A stretch of DNA of 37,486 nt from positions 1 through 37,486 of the forward strand of contig CAXCCM010000003.1 of the NCBI GenBank assembly GCA_963981005.1. The letters run 5' to 3'. A model generated the notes under the pieces. It ran no database searches and was not told the origin of the DNA. It worked only from the letters and a program-made list of their open reading frames with translations. The DNA comes from an uncultured bacterium. GTDB taxonomy: Bacteria; Cloacimonadota; Cloacimonadia; Cloacimonadales; TCS61. Below are positions 7,752 to 18,182 of the stretch, one piece after another. Within the stretch, counting starts at the first letter, position 1; each line of letters begins with the position of its first letter. Both the position numbers and the translations under genes were made by a program.

Positions 7752-8549
7752 TTAATAACTATGCATGCTCTGTTTGGCAGAAGGCATATAATCTACACCA
7801 TGCCACCCGATAAGTAACATGAAGAAACAAATCACCAAAAACCACAAAGCTATATATTGTTTTTTGGGATGTCTGTAGCGGAAATGAATATAGGTTAAAT
7901 AACAGAGCCAGCTAACCAGTGCCCATGTCTCTTTCGGGTCCCAAGCCCAATATCCACCCCAAGCCTCTTTCGCCCAAAAAGCACCGAAAGAAATTCCAAA
8001 AGTTGCCATAGCAAATCCAATATATATCAATACGTCAGCCCTAATCAGAAGCGGTTTCAGTGTTGCAGTATCCTTCTTGTAATATAAGTATAAACCTTTT
8101 GCTGCGTACAGAACAGTTGATGCCAAAAGTGCATAAGCAACCATATAAATGATTACATGCGGAACGAACCAGTAACTTTGAAGTGCCGGCATCAAAGTCA
8201 TATCGAAATAATCGGGATGGATCAAGTTTGTGATAAGAAATACTGATGCCATTATTTGCCCATAAATTGCGAACCAATAAGTTTTTAATTTAGTATGAAT
8301 GATAAGAGTGAGTAGAGGGACAATGGTAGCATACCAAAGTCTGGTTTCACCTTTTGTTCGCAAGGGTGGACGTTCCAACAAAAGCCATAATTGTGCAATG
8401 TAAAAGCATAAAATAAGAACCGCTGAAAATGATATTATAACAGCAATATTTTTTAAATATTCTTTTTTACTGGGAATGTAATACAGTGCAGCTGCAACGA
8501 GCCAAAGGGAGATAACAGCTTTTACGATGACATCAAAACTGATATGCAT
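7752..8549 (-). CDS. ccsA: cytochrome c biogenesis (system II) heme lyase subunit CcsA
   Basis: WWD motif WGGYWAWDPKETW, PALQSYWFVPH and C-terminal SMHSY. Confidence 0.92.
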   Translation of the reverse strand: MHISFDVIVKAVISLWLVAAALYYIPSKKEYLKNIAVIISFSAVLILCFYIAQLWLLLERPPLRTKGETRLWYATIVPLLTLIIHTKLKTYWFAIYGQIMASVFLITNLIHPDYFDMTLMPALQSYWFVPHVIIYMVAYALLASTVLYAAKGLYLYYKKDTATLKPLLIRADVLIYIGFAMATFGISFGAFWAKEAWGGYWAWDPKETWALVSWLCYLTYIHFRYRHPKKQYIALWFLVICFFMLLIGWHGVDYMPSAKQSMHSY

Positions 8550-9904
8550 TATTTACTCTCCTTTGGGAATTTTCGGATAGACCACATTAAATAAATAACA
8601 CCAATAAGCAACATGCCGAACCCAACATAAACGAACTTTAACCACGGATCTCGAACAGCTTGTAGAGTGCTTATTCTGAAAGGATCAGTGCTATCTGGAT
8701 TCAACAAAATATAGCGACAATCTGTTTGATACAAATACCAACTTTTGTATTTAAACGGTTTATTAACTTCAATAATTTTTTCAGTTTTCTCACCATCAGG
8801 AGTTAACATTGTCACATAAGAAGCAAATCTCTTTTTACCTGGTTGCCCGATAGTTAAAGAATTATCCCCGATATCAATATATCTTGATGGAAAGAAATAC
8901 TTTAATCTCATGAGCATACGAGCCATCTCAGGAGAATGATCTCTCATGTTACCACATGTTACCCAACTCTCTTTTTCTTCGTTTGTATGTATGTTTTTGG
9001 CTTTCAAATATGCAGCTGACATAAATGCGGGATGATCACAATCCATATCATAAGGAACAAAATCATCTTTGCGGGGAGTTGCAGATTCAAGATATTTTTC
9101 TACAGTAATTTCCCAATCTTCAAAATGGAATGTTCTACCTTCCTCTATAAATCCAGCTTCTTTTTTCAATTCGGTTTTTATAGGGAATCCTAATGAATCA
9201 TAAAACATGATCTCACTTGGATAATTATCGATCTCAAAACGCTTCATCCTTAAAGAAAAGGGAAGATTTACAGTTCGCTTTATGGATTGCTGTCCAGGAA
9301 ATTCTGGTGTATCCATTGCACGAAGTTTATCGAAATAGAATCCTTGATGGGTTGGTGAATCTATAAACAGATCAACGTTATATGTTTCTAAATGACCAAC
9401 AGATAATGAACCGAAGAACAGAATAATAAAGAAGCCAAAATGACTGAGTAAAAAGCCGATATAACGAACCCTAAAATTCATCAGTTTCTTAAAAACAGTA
9501 AAGAAAAGAGATGTACAAACAAATAACAAACTGAATATGTAAGGCCAGCTTGAGATCATGTGAGAAAAGCCAATTTTCTTTAGTAGCAGAATATTTTCAG
9601 CTCCACCCTGCGGGATGAATCCTGCAATAGCAATAAGTATAATGTAAACAACTACCGAAGAAACAGCCATTGTAATACTTGAGAACCAATTTACTAACTT
9701 CTTTAATGGTTTAATGAAATAAACGATAGTCAGAAATGTTAAATAGATTCCAATTAAGAAGATGTTTATTGGAGCGATCGGTTTAGGGAAGCCAGTTCCA
9801 TTAGTAGCAATTTCTAAAGCAAATCCAACAAGAACAAAGCCTACAATTATTATGAAAGTTGGCGCATACCCAAATGGCATGCGCCATAAATTATTTTTTT
9901 GCAT
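8549..9904 (-). CDS. ccsB: cytochrome c biogenesis protein CcsB/ResB
   Basis: N-terminal TMs with GFLLSHFG, a large periplasmic domain, IEVNKPF...YQ and RDPW followed by a TM. Coupled to ccsA. Confidence 0.85.
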   Translation of the reverse strand: MQKNNLWRMPFGYAPTFIIIVGFVLVGFALEIATNGTGFPKPIAPINIFLIGIYLTFLTIVYFIKPLKKLVNWFSSITMAVSSVVVYIILIAIAGFIPQGGAENILLLKKIGFSHMISSWPYIFSLLFVCTSLFFTVFKKLMNFRVRYIGFLLSHFGFFIILFFGSLSVGHLETYNVDLFIDSPTHQGFYFDKLRAMDTPEFPGQQSIKRTVNLPFSLRMKRFEIDNYPSEIMFYDSLGFPIKTELKKEAGFIEEGRTFHFEDWEITVEKYLESATPRKDDFVPYDMDCDHPAFMSAAYLKAKNIHTNEEKESWVTCGNMRDHSPEMARMLMRLKYFFPSRYIDIGDNSLTIGQPGKKRFASYVTMLTPDGEKTEKIIEVNKPFKYKSWYLYQTDCRYILLNPDSTDPFRISTLQAVRDPWLKFVYVGFGMLLIGVIYLMWSIRKFPKESK

Positions 9905-9926
9905 ATAGTTTATCTAATTTATTCCT

Positions 9927-11438
9927 TTATTTGTCCCAGGATTCATGTCTTTTCTTAGCTTCTTCATCCCATTTTGGAGCCATAGTTTTTAGGAAGTTCT
10001 CTTTTTCTTGTTTCAATTTTTCAGCGTTAAGCCCAATAACTTTTTGTACTTTTGCCTTTGTAGAAAGATCAGGAAGTTCAACTTCACCCAAGAATCCATG
10101 TTTAGCTAAAACTTTACTGAGTTCTAATCTGGCCTTTCCGGCTTTATCTATACAGTCAGCTAACAAGTTTGAAACTTGAAGTGGTGCATGGAAAGAAGCT
10201 CCATGACTAGCTACAGAAAAATCCCATCTCCACTGAGATTCACGAATAAGTGTTCTGATGTCTTCTAATTCAGCATCAGTTGCACCTTCTTCCATAGCAG
10301 CTTTTGTTTCAAAGTGAGCTCTTACTAATAGCTCCTCAGCTTTTACTGTAAGTTTTTTTATGGAAGCCTGTCTATCTTTAACAGCTTTTCTTAATTCTTC
10401 TTCTGGTTGTCTGTGGCAAACCTGACAAGTTTTGTCTATATAATCTAATGGACTTGTAACATGATGACTGGAATACTTCATGCCACCACGGCTTTCATAA
10501 GGCATATGACAATCTGCACAAGAAACACCTTGCATTCCATGAGGACCAAGCTGCCATAGCTCCCAGCCAGGGTGTTGTGCTTTATACATCCTTGTTTTAC
10601 TAACTGCATGGATCCAGTCCTTATGTCCTGTTCCATCAGCTCCTCTTTTATTAAGATGCTGTTCCAGGGCATCTGCTGTAATACCTTCTGACCAAGGGAA
10701 TACAAGATAAGGAGCACCTTTCTTTTGTCCATCTAGATGTTTATCAAAATAGTATTCTACATGACACTGAGCACATACAAGAGAACGCATTTCTTGATGA
10801 GTTGCTTCGGTGATATCCTTTCCCGTTAGGGCTTTATATCCTTCTTTAAGAGCTGGGCGAGTTATTGTTAAAGCCATTGTTTCAGGGTCATGACAATCTC
10901 CGCAACCGATAGGATTGATTATCTGTGAACCAAGGTTATCCCATTTTCCACCATCACCACGATAAAACTCAGCAACACCATCTTTACCGTCAACCGCAAG
11001 TTCTTCCATCATTCTTGGAACGTCAGGACTTTTACAAGTCCAGCAGGTAGCAGGCATAGGGCTTCCCTTTTCTTCAGTAGGAGCACCTGTCCGTAAAGTA
11101 TTTCTTGTATCTTCTATTGCATGAATATGACCTCTTGGTTTGTTGTAATCTTTTGCAAAACCGTATCCGGCAAAAAGAACAGAAACATAAGGATTCTCTT
11201 CTAGAATATCTTCTATCTCTCCACCTTCCATTTTTAAGTAAGTTTCATGCTGCTCGGGATATGATTCTCCCCAAACCTCATTTCTTGTTTCCCACTCACC
11301 TAAATCTACAATTGCTTTCTTCATGATCACAGCTTCTGTACGTCTTTCCATTATAGAATTAGCTAGTAACCCCATGAAGAATACGATCACTAAAGTGAAA
11401 ATAAATAAAATCCAGCTTCCGGATTTTCCTTTAAACAT
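9927..11438 (-). CDS. nrfA: pentaheme cytochrome c nitrite reductase (ammonia-forming)
   Basis: CWTCK active-site heme plus CGDCH, CAQCH, CADCH and CQVCH. Also GYGFAKDYNKPRGH, KAQHP and ASHGASFH. Confidence 0.97.
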   Translation of the reverse strand: MFKGKSGSWILFIFTLVIVFFMGLLANSIMERRTEAVIMKKAIVDLGEWETRNEVWGESYPEQHETYLKMEGGEIEDILEENPYVSVLFAGYGFAKDYNKPRGHIHAIEDTRNTLRTGAPTEEKGSPMPATCWTCKSPDVPRMMEELAVDGKDGVAEFYRGDGGKWDNLGSQIINPIGCGDCHDPETMALTITRPALKEGYKALTGKDITEATHQEMRSLVCAQCHVEYYFDKHLDGQKKGAPYLVFPWSEGITADALEQHLNKRGADGTGHKDWIHAVSKTRMYKAQHPGWELWQLGPHGMQGVSCADCHMPYESRGGMKYSSHHVTSPLDYIDKTCQVCHRQPEEELRKAVKDRQASIKKLTVKAEELLVRAHFETKAAMEEGATDAELEDIRTLIRESQWRWDFSVASHGASFHAPLQVSNLLADCIDKAGKARLELSKVLAKHGFLGEVELPDLSTKAKVQKVIGLNAEKLKQEKENFLKTMAPKWDEEAKKRHESWDK

Positions 11439-11459
11439 AGCTTCCTCCCGCTTTGTTGA

Positions 11460-11996
11460 CTATTTCTTTTCTATTATTTTTTTTAACCACGTTGGTGTTG
11501 CGCTATCAATATAAGGCACTTCAGCATTGGGAACAGAAGCCAGGCTTCGTTCTCTTCCGTGAGGAGTAAATCGGTGGCAATCCCAACACTTCTTATTATC
11601 TACGCCCTGTAACATATTAGCATTTTGAGCTACAACATCACTATGGCAATGTATACAGTTTTCTTGAACAACAACTTCACCTGCTTTCTTTATCATAATT
11701 GCTTCAGGTTCTGTTCGTGTAAGGAAAATTGCGGAATGACGCATTCCATCCATAGCCTTGAAGTAGAGTTTATGTGCAAAATTATCATGCGGCAAATGAC
11801 AATCAATACAATTTGCAACTTTTTGATGTGAACTACGAGACCAACTTGCATATTGTGTATCCATCACATGACAATTCATGCATGTTTCAGGTTCATTAGA
11901 TGCGTAGGATGCAAAATTGAAAACATATAAAATGAAAAATCCAAACCCGAAAATTATTCCGGCAAGAATTGGTAAAATTATCTTTTTTCTATCCAT
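11460..11996 (-). CDS. nrfH: tetraheme quinol dehydrogenase NrfH
   Basis: N-terminal TM, CMNCHVM, CIDCH, CIHCH and CWDCH. Immediately upstream of nrfA. Confidence 0.95.
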   Translation of the reverse strand: MDRKKIILPILAGIIFGFGFFILYVFNFASYASNEPETCMNCHVMDTQYASWSRSSHQKVANCIDCHLPHDNFAHKLYFKAMDGMRHSAIFLTRTEPEAIMIKKAGEVVVQENCIHCHSDVVAQNANMLQGVDNKKCWDCHRFTPHGRERSLASVPNAEVPYIDSATPTWLKKIIEKK

Positions 11997-12231
11997 ATTG
12001 TTCCCTCATTTAATTGAGACACCTATCTCATTAACCAGAAGCAGGTGTCAAGAAATTGATAATTTTTATTTAATATAGTGAACTTTACACACCTGAAATT
12101 TTTCTCTTTACAGTTTAGATTCAATAAAAACATTTGAGCAAAAAATAGGCTCTCATCATAATTTGAGAGTATGAATATATTTAGGAGTTTGGGTATGGAA
12201 ATATCTAATAGAAAAACGGAGATTTCTGAGT

Positions 12232-13566
12232 ATGAAAGTTAAAAAGTTGCATCAAGGTTATGATATAAAATTAGTTGGTGAAACCGTAAGAACTATCGAG
12301 GCTACTCCATTCCCCAAAAAAGTTGCTGTCAAACCAACTGATTTTGAAGGATTGAAGCCAAAATTACTTATTAAGACTGGTGATGAAGTAAAAGTTGGAA
12401 CACCATTAGTATTTCATAAAACTAACGAGCAAATAAAAATTATATCTCACGTAAGTGGAAAGATCTCAGAAATAATTCGTGGAGAAAGAAGAGTTATTGA
12501 AGCTATTGTTATTGAACCTGATGAAAAGCAGGTTCATGATGATTTGAAGATTGACTCAAATAATCTTACAAAAGAATCAATAATTGAAGCGCTTCTCAAT
12601 TCAGGATTATTTTTAAACTTTATTCAACGACCTTTCAATAAAATTGCAAATCCATCAGATATTCCGCGTGATATTTTTATTTCAGCAATGGACACAGCAC
12701 CTTTAGCTGCAGAAGCGGCCTTAATATTACAAGGAAATGAGAATTCCTTTCAAAAAGGTTTAGATATTCTTTCACAATTAACTTCAGGAAAAGTAAGATT
12801 ATCTTTCAAACCTGAAGATAATGTTTTTGTAGATTTTAAGAACTGCGAATTACACAATTTCAGTGGCAAGCATCCTGCAGGTAATGTTGGAGTTCATATA
12901 CATCACATTTCACCAATTAAAAATGCACATGATAATGTTTGGAGCTGTTCTGTTCAGGCAGTTATTCAAATTGGTAAATTATTTGAAACCGGTAAAATTA
13001 AACCGGAAATTATTGTAAAAGTAGCTGGAAGTGCAGTTGAAAAGAGATATTACTATAAAACAGTAATTGGTGCAGAAGTTTCTTCTTTCCTAGGAAAAGT
13101 AGATGAGGATTCCAGAATAATTTCGGGAGATGTGCTCACGGGAAAGAAAATCGAACTAGAAGGGTTTGTTGGCTTCAAAGATAACCTGATCACAGTGATC
13201 CCGGAAGCAACAGAACCTGAATTTTTGGGATGGCTAAGCCCAGGATTTTCCAAACGAAGCTGGTGGAAGACTTTTGTAGCGGCTATTATTACACCAAAGA
13301 AAAAATACAAAGCAGATACAAATATTGGTGGTGGTAACCGCTCACTAGTTATCAACAGCATTTACGAAGAAGTTGTTCCAATGGATATTTTGCCGAGTTA
13401 CCTTATTAAAAGCATTTTAGCAGAAGATATTGAGGAAATGGAAGCATTGGGGATTTATGAAGTTGCTGAAGAAGATTTTGCATTATGTGAATACATTTGT
13501 CCTTCCAAAACGGAATTTCAACAGATCATTCGAAAAGGTTTAGATCTAATAGAAAAAGAAGGTTAA
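12232..13566 (+). CDS. nqrA: Na(+)-translocating NADH:quinone reductase subunit A
   Basis: QRPF, DTAPLA, GKHPAGNVGVHIH and EEDFALCEYICPSK. Confidence 0.95.
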   Translation: MKVKKLHQGYDIKLVGETVRTIEATPFPKKVAVKPTDFEGLKPKLLIKTGDEVKVGTPLVFHKTNEQIKIISHVSGKISEIIRGERRVIEAIVIEPDEKQVHDDLKIDSNNLTKESIIEALLNSGLFLNFIQRPFNKIANPSDIPRDIFISAMDTAPLAAEAALILQGNENSFQKGLDILSQLTSGKVRLSFKPEDNVFVDFKNCELHNFSGKHPAGNVGVHIHHISPIKNAHDNVWSCSVQAVIQIGKLFETGKIKPEIIVKVAGSAVEKRYYYKTVIGAEVSSFLGKVDEDSRIISGDVLTGKKIELEGFVGFKDNLITVIPEATEPEFLGWLSPGFSKRSWWKTFVAAIITPKKKYKADTNIGGGNRSLVINSIYEEVVPMDILPSYLIKSILAEDIEEMEALGIYEVAEEDFALCEYICPSKTEFQQIIRKGLDLIEKEG

Positions 13567-13572
13567 TAATAT

Positions 13573-14754
13573 ATGAAATTTTTGTATGATTTTATTCAAA
13601 AATTCGGTCCGCTTTTCAAAAAAGGCGGGAAGTTAGAGAAATTATATCCGATCTACGAAATGGGTGAAGGATTTATGTTCGTGCTTCCATACAGAACGAA
13701 AACCGGTGCTCATATTCGAGATGCGATAGATATGAAAAGATTTATGATAACAGTTTATGCAGCATTGATCCCAGCATTTATTTTTGGGATTTTCAATGCC
13801 GGTTATCAGCATTTTTTGTCAGTTGGAATTATTGCTTCTGTTTGGGATATGATACTGAAAGGTGCAATAATTGTTATTCCGATTTACTTAATAGTTCTTG
13901 TAACAGGAGGGGTTTGGGAAGTGCTTTTTGCTGTAATTCGAAAGCATGAAATTAATGAAGGGTTTTTGATAACCAGTTTCCTTATTCCTCTAATTGTTCC
14001 TCCAACAATTCCCTGGTGGCAATTGGTAACAGCAACAACTTTTGGAATTGTAATTGGAAAAGAGATCTTTGGTGGCGTTGGAATGAATATTTTCAATCCT
14101 GCACTTGTTGCCAGAGCGTTCCTGTTTTTTGCCTTTCCAAAGGCAATGTCAGGAAATTCTGTTTGGACAGTATTTGGTGAGAAAGTGGTCGATACTTACA
14201 CTTCAGCTACACCACTTGCAGTTATCTCTGATACTGTTTCCGGTTCTGGAGGAGTTATTGAGGTATTAGCAGATAAAGGTTATACATTATGGAATATGTT
14301 TCTGGGGATTATCCCAGGAAGTATTGGTGAAACTTCCACATTGATGATTCTATTAGGACTATTTATTTTACTTCTAACAAAAACAGCGAGTTGGAGAATT
14401 GTGCTTTCCATCTTTGTTGGAGGATTTGCCATGAGTACACTTCTAAATCAGTTTGCTCCAGATCCAACACATATTTTTGCTCTTCCTGCACATTATCATT
14501 TTGTGATGGGTGGATTTGCTTTTGGTGCAGTATTTATGGCAACCGATCCTGTATCATCTTGCGGAACTAACAAAGGTAAATATGTTTTTGGATTTCTCAT
14601 TGGAGTTCTGGCAATCTTGGTAAGAACCTTAAATCCAGCCTATCCTGAGGGAATGATGCTAGCAATTTTGTTAATGAATACATTTGCACCGTTGATTGAT
14701 CATTTCGTTGTGCAGGCAAATAAAAAGAGGAGGTTGAAATATGCGTCGCAGTAA
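13573..14754 (+). CDS. nqrB: Na(+)-NQR subunit B
   Basis: HIRDAIDMKRFM, KEIFGGVGMNIFNPAL, SATPL FMN site, FMATDPVS and YPEGMMLAIL. Confidence 0.96.
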   Translation: MKFLYDFIQKFGPLFKKGGKLEKLYPIYEMGEGFMFVLPYRTKTGAHIRDAIDMKRFMITVYAALIPAFIFGIFNAGYQHFLSVGIIASVWDMILKGAIIVIPIYLIVLVTGGVWEVLFAVIRKHEINEGFLITSFLIPLIVPPTIPWWQLVTATTFGIVIGKEIFGGVGMNIFNPALVARAFLFFAFPKAMSGNSVWTVFGEKVVDTYTSATPLAVISDTVSGSGGVIEVLADKGYTLWNMFLGIIPGSIGETSTLMILLGLFILLLTKTASWRIVLSIFVGGFAMSTLLNQFAPDPTHIFALPAHYHFVMGGFAFGAVFMATDPVSSCGTNKGKYVFGFLIGVLAILVRTLNPAYPEGMMLAILLMNTFAPLIDHFVVQANKKRRLKYASQ

Positions 14755-15502
14755 CCTCTATACTTTCTTCTTCATCACAGTTGTAACTATAATTTGCGCA
14801 GGACTTCTATCGACTGCTGCTTATTTACTTAAAGAAAAACAGCAGGTAAACGTAGAAGTTGATATGAAGAAAAATATCTTAAAAGCAGTAAAATTAATTG
14901 GAAATGAAAAGATCTCACAGCAGGAAGTTCTTGATTCATATAATAACAATATAGAGAGTTATGTTGTTGATAATTTGGGTGAAATAATTGAATTATCAGA
15001 TGGAATTTCAGTTGAGGATATCGATCCTGAAAAAGAAGATACAAAACCATTAAATGAAAGGATGTATCCGATATATGTAAAAAGGGAAGGATCAAAAATC
15101 TCTGCTTACTGCATTCCGATAATTGGAAAAGGATTGTGGAGCACAATGTATGGTTATTTAGCTTTAGAACCAAATTTAAACACAATTATGGGAATTACTT
15201 TTTATAAACAGGGAGAAACTCCGGGACTCGGTTCGGAAGTTGAATCCGAAGGTTTCCAAAATAAATTTGTAGGAAAAGAGGTCTGGAAGAGTGATAATCT
15301 TGTTTCAATAAAAATCTTAAAATTGGAACCCGCATCAGATTCACCAAACATAAAACATGAAATTGCCGGGATTTCCGGAGCTACAAAAACTTGTGAAGGC
15401 GTGATGGACCTTCTACTGAAAGACCTTTTGAAGTACGAAAAATATTTTAGAAAAATTCGAAATGAAAATGTAATTGAGGAGGTTGTGACTGATGTCAAAT
15501 AA
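14741..15502 (+). CDS. nqrC: Na(+)-NQR subunit C
   Basis: N-terminal TM, GKGLWS, ETPGLG and ISGATKT FMN site. Confidence 0.95.
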   Translation: MRRSNLYTFFFITVVTIICAGLLSTAAYLLKEKQQVNVEVDMKKNILKAVKLIGNEKISQQEVLDSYNNNIESYVVDNLGEIIELSDGISVEDIDPEKEDTKPLNERMYPIYVKREGSKISAYCIPIIGKGLWSTMYGYLALEPNLNTIMGITFYKQGETPGLGSEVESEGFQNKFVGKEVWKSDNLVSIKILKLEPASDSPNIKHEIAGISGATKTCEGVMDLLLKDLLKYEKYFRKIRNENVIEEVVTDVK

Positions 15503-16106
15503 GAAAACTTTTTTCGAACCGATCGTTCACAATAATCCTGTTACTATTCAAATCTTAGGAATATGTTCTGCATTAGCGGTTACGACCCAATTAAAACCAT
15601 CTTTAGTTATGGGTATTGCAGTAACAATTATTATTGCACTTTCAAATCTGGTTGTTTCTCTGATTCGTTCGTTTATTCCAAAAAATATTAGAATCATTGT
15701 GGAGATGACAGTAATAGCTACGATGGTAATTTTGGTTGATCAAATCTTACGAGCATATCTTTTTGATGTTTCCAAACAGCTCTCAGTTTTTGTGGGACTG
15801 ATAATTACCAACTGTATTGTTCTTGGACGTTTAGAAGGTTTTGCTCTCACAAATAAACCAGTTCCTTCGATATTAGATGGTTTTGGAAATGGAATTGGAT
15901 ATTCATTGATATTGGTGGCAGTTGGTGCAACCAGAGAGATTTTCGGTGCGGGAACACTGCTTGGATTCCAAGTAATTCCACAATCCCTATATGATGTTGG
16001 ATATGTAAATAATGGATTGATGGTTTTGGCTCCGGGAGCTTTTTTCTTACTGGGTTTAATTGTTTGGCTTCAGCGAGCAGTTACCGGACATTATGAGGAA
16101 GAATAA
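15492..16106 (+). CDS. nqrD: Na(+)-NQR subunit D
   Basis: NNPVTIQILGICSALAVT and SVFVGLIITNCIVLGR. Confidence 0.96.
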   Translation: MSNKKTFFEPIVHNNPVTIQILGICSALAVTTQLKPSLVMGIAVTIIIALSNLVVSLIRSFIPKNIRIIVEMTVIATMVILVDQILRAYLFDVSKQLSVFVGLIITNCIVLGRLEGFALTNKPVPSILDGFGNGIGYSLILVAVGATREIFGAGTLLGFQVIPQSLYDVGYVNNGLMVLAPGAFFLLGLIVWLQRAVTGHYEEE

Positions 16107-16158
16107 TGAATTTTGATTCACCTGAAGAAATGATGTTAATTAAAAGGGAAAATAAATT

Positions 16159-16773
16159 ATGATGGAAATGTTTAGTTTAGGTATTAAATCGGTTTTTGTA
16201 GAGAATATTCTACTGGCTTATTTTTTGGGAATGTGCTCATATCTGGCGGTTTCCAAGAAAGTAAATACGGCAATCGGTTTGGGATTTGCAGTGATCTTTG
16301 TAATGGCGATCACAACACCTGTGAACTGGATCGTTCACGAATATCTGCTCAAAGCCGGAGCACTCTCATGGTTAAGTCCGAAGTTCAATACCGTTGACTT
16401 GAGTTTTTTGAATTACATAGCTTTTATTGCAACGATAGCAGCGATGGTTCAGATTGCCGAAATGGCAATTGAGAAGATCTCCATGAAACTGTATGTGGCT
16501 TTAGGAATATTCTTGCCGCTAATTACAGTGAATTGTGCAATTCTTGGTGTATCTTTATTTATGATAGAACGGAAATATACTTTGGGACAATCTACAGTTT
16601 TTGGAATTTCATCGGGAGTTGGTTGGATGCTAGCAATTATCTCAATGGCTGCTATCCGAGAGAAACTAAAGTACTCAAACATTCCAAAACCATTACGCGG
16701 ACTTGGAATTACGATGCTACTAACCGGCCTTATCGCAATGGCATTTATGACCTTCTCGGGCATAGATATTTAG
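16159..16773 (+). CDS. nqrE: Na(+)-NQR subunit E
   Basis: [13 protein letters not shown] and [16 protein letters not shown]. Confidence 0.96.
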   Translation: MMEMFSLGIKSVFVENILLAYFLGMCSYLAVSKKVNTAIGLGFAVIFVMAITTPVNWIVHEYLLKAGALSWLSPKFNTVDLSFLNYIAFIATIAAMVQIAEMAIEKISMKLYVALGIFLPLITVNCAILGVSLFMIERKYTLGQSTVFGISSGVGWMLAIISMAAIREKLKYSNIPKPLRGLGITMLLTGLIAMAFMTFSGIDI

Positions 16774-16783
16774 GTTTGATGAT

Positions 16784-16915
16784 ATGTTTGCAATAATTGC
16801 TGGGATGGTTGTATTTGCACTTTTCATAGGAATCATGGGATTTGCTTTTATCATGAAGAAAAATATAAAAAGAAAAGTTACTTGTAACGGTGGTTGTTCC
16901 GTTTGCAAGCATTAA
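16784..16915 (+). CDS. 43-aa single-TM Cys-rich protein (NqrM-like / FeoB-associated Cys-rich-like); not in the ORF track
   Basis: Manual translation MFAIIAGMVVFALFIGIMGFAFIMKKNIKRKVTCNGGCSVCKH*. Fills the nqrE-nqrF gap on the coding strand. Confidence 0.75.
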   Translation: MFAIIAGMVVFALFIGIMGFAFIMKKNIKRKVTCNGGCSVCKH

Positions 16916-16929
16916 TAATCGGAGAATAA

Positions 16930-18168
16930 ATGTTAATAATAATCAGCGGAATTGCAATGATTGTTGCGATTATTATCGCTCTAACTATTACTATAGTTAT
17001 TTCTGAAAAATTTCTAGTTAAACATGGGAATGTAAAACTAGTTATAAATGATGACAAAGAAAATGCTTTGAATGTTGAAACTGGTGGAACTCTATTAAGC
17101 ACGCTTACTGAAAATGAAATTCTCATTCCTTCTGCATGTGGTGGTGGTGGAACCTGCGGTTATTGCACATGTCAGGTAACTTCCGGTGGGGGAGATCTGC
17201 TTCCTACAGAAGAAGGTTTTATAAATAGGAAGAAGGCTAAAGATCATTGGCGTCTTGCCTGTCAGGTGAAAGTTCGGGAAGATATGGAAATTAAAGTTCC
17301 CGATGAAGTATTCTCTACCAAAAAATGGGAATGCGAAGTTGTCTCTAATGATAATGTTGCTACTTTCATAAAAGAATTCATTGTCAAGCTTCCAGATGGT
17401 GAAGAATTAGATTTCAAACCAGGTGGTTATATCCAGATTGAAATTCCAAAATATCATTTGAATTCTGGTAAAGATTATGATGTTGAAGATATTTATCGTG
17501 ATGACTGGGATAAAATTAAAGCTTTTGATTTAATTACAAAAAATAGTGAAAAAGTTATTCGTGCTTACTCAATGGCAAATTATCCTGCTGAGGGTGATAT
17601 TGTAATGCTGAATGTTCGTATAGCAACTCCACCCTGGGATCGTAAAAAGGACAGGTTTAAAAAAGTGCCTTCTGGAATTTCATCATCATTTATTTTTAGT
17701 AAGAAAGCTGGAGACAAGGTTACAGTTTCTGGTCCTTATGGTGAATTCTTCATTAATGAATCTGAAAGTGAAATGATGTATATTGGTGGCGGAGCTGGAA
17801 TGGCTCCTATGCGTTCACATATCATGCATTTATTCCATACACTTAAAACAAAACGTAAAGTTACTTTCTGGTATGGAGCACGCAGCTGTAGAGAGATATT
17901 CTACGAAGAAGATTTTCGTGCGATCGAAAAAGAATTTCCAAATTTCACTTTTAATATTGCACTCTCCGAAGCACTTCCGGGAGATAAATGGGGTGGAATG
18001 ACAGGATTCATTCATCAAGCTGTATTTGATCATTATCTGAAAGATCATGAAGAACCAGAAGAAATTGAGTATTACCTTTGTGGTCCTGGAGTTATGATGA
18101 CAGCAATAGATAAAATGCTTACAAATCTTGGAGTAGAAAAAGAGATGATCCGTTATGATGAATTTTGA
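16930..18168 (+). CDS. nqrF: Na(+)-NQR subunit F
   Basis: SACGGGGTCGYC...RLACQ 2Fe-2S motif, RAYSMAN, GGGAGMAP and YYLCGP. Confidence 0.97.
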   Translation: MLIIISGIAMIVAIIIALTITIVISEKFLVKHGNVKLVINDDKENALNVETGGTLLSTLTENEILIPSACGGGGTCGYCTCQVTSGGGDLLPTEEGFINRKKAKDHWRLACQVKVREDMEIKVPDEVFSTKKWECEVVSNDNVATFIKEFIVKLPDGEELDFKPGGYIQIEIPKYHLNSGKDYDVEDIYRDDWDKIKAFDLITKNSEKVIRAYSMANYPAEGDIVMLNVRIATPPWDRKKDRFKKVPSGISSSFIFSKKAGDKVTVSGPYGEFFINESESEMMYIGGGAGMAPMRSHIMHLFHTLKTKRKVTFWYGARSCREIFYEEDFRAIEKEFPNFTFNIALSEALPGDKWGGMTGFIHQAVFDHYLKDHEEPEEIEYYLCGPGVMMTAIDKMLTNLGVEKEMIRYDEF

Positions 18169-18182
18169 TATAAGAGGAAGAA

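Noticed and set aside
12018-12169. Short inverted repeats (GACACCT/AGGTGTC; CTCTCA/TGAGAG) and weak FNR/CRP/Rex-like words in the nrfH-nqrA divergent region
   Set aside because: Arms are only 6-7 bp and matches to known consensus sites are poor, so no regulator can be assigned.
16899-16912. CCGTTTGCAAGCA before the nqrF RBS, resembling the core of the hairpin element
   Set aside because: It encodes SVCKH of the small ORF and lacks the 3' arm, so it is probably coincidence.
12232-18168. Rnf complex rather than NQR
   Set aside because: Gene order A-F, an NqrF with FAD/NAD domains and an NqrA without ferredoxin-type clusters identify Na+-NQR.
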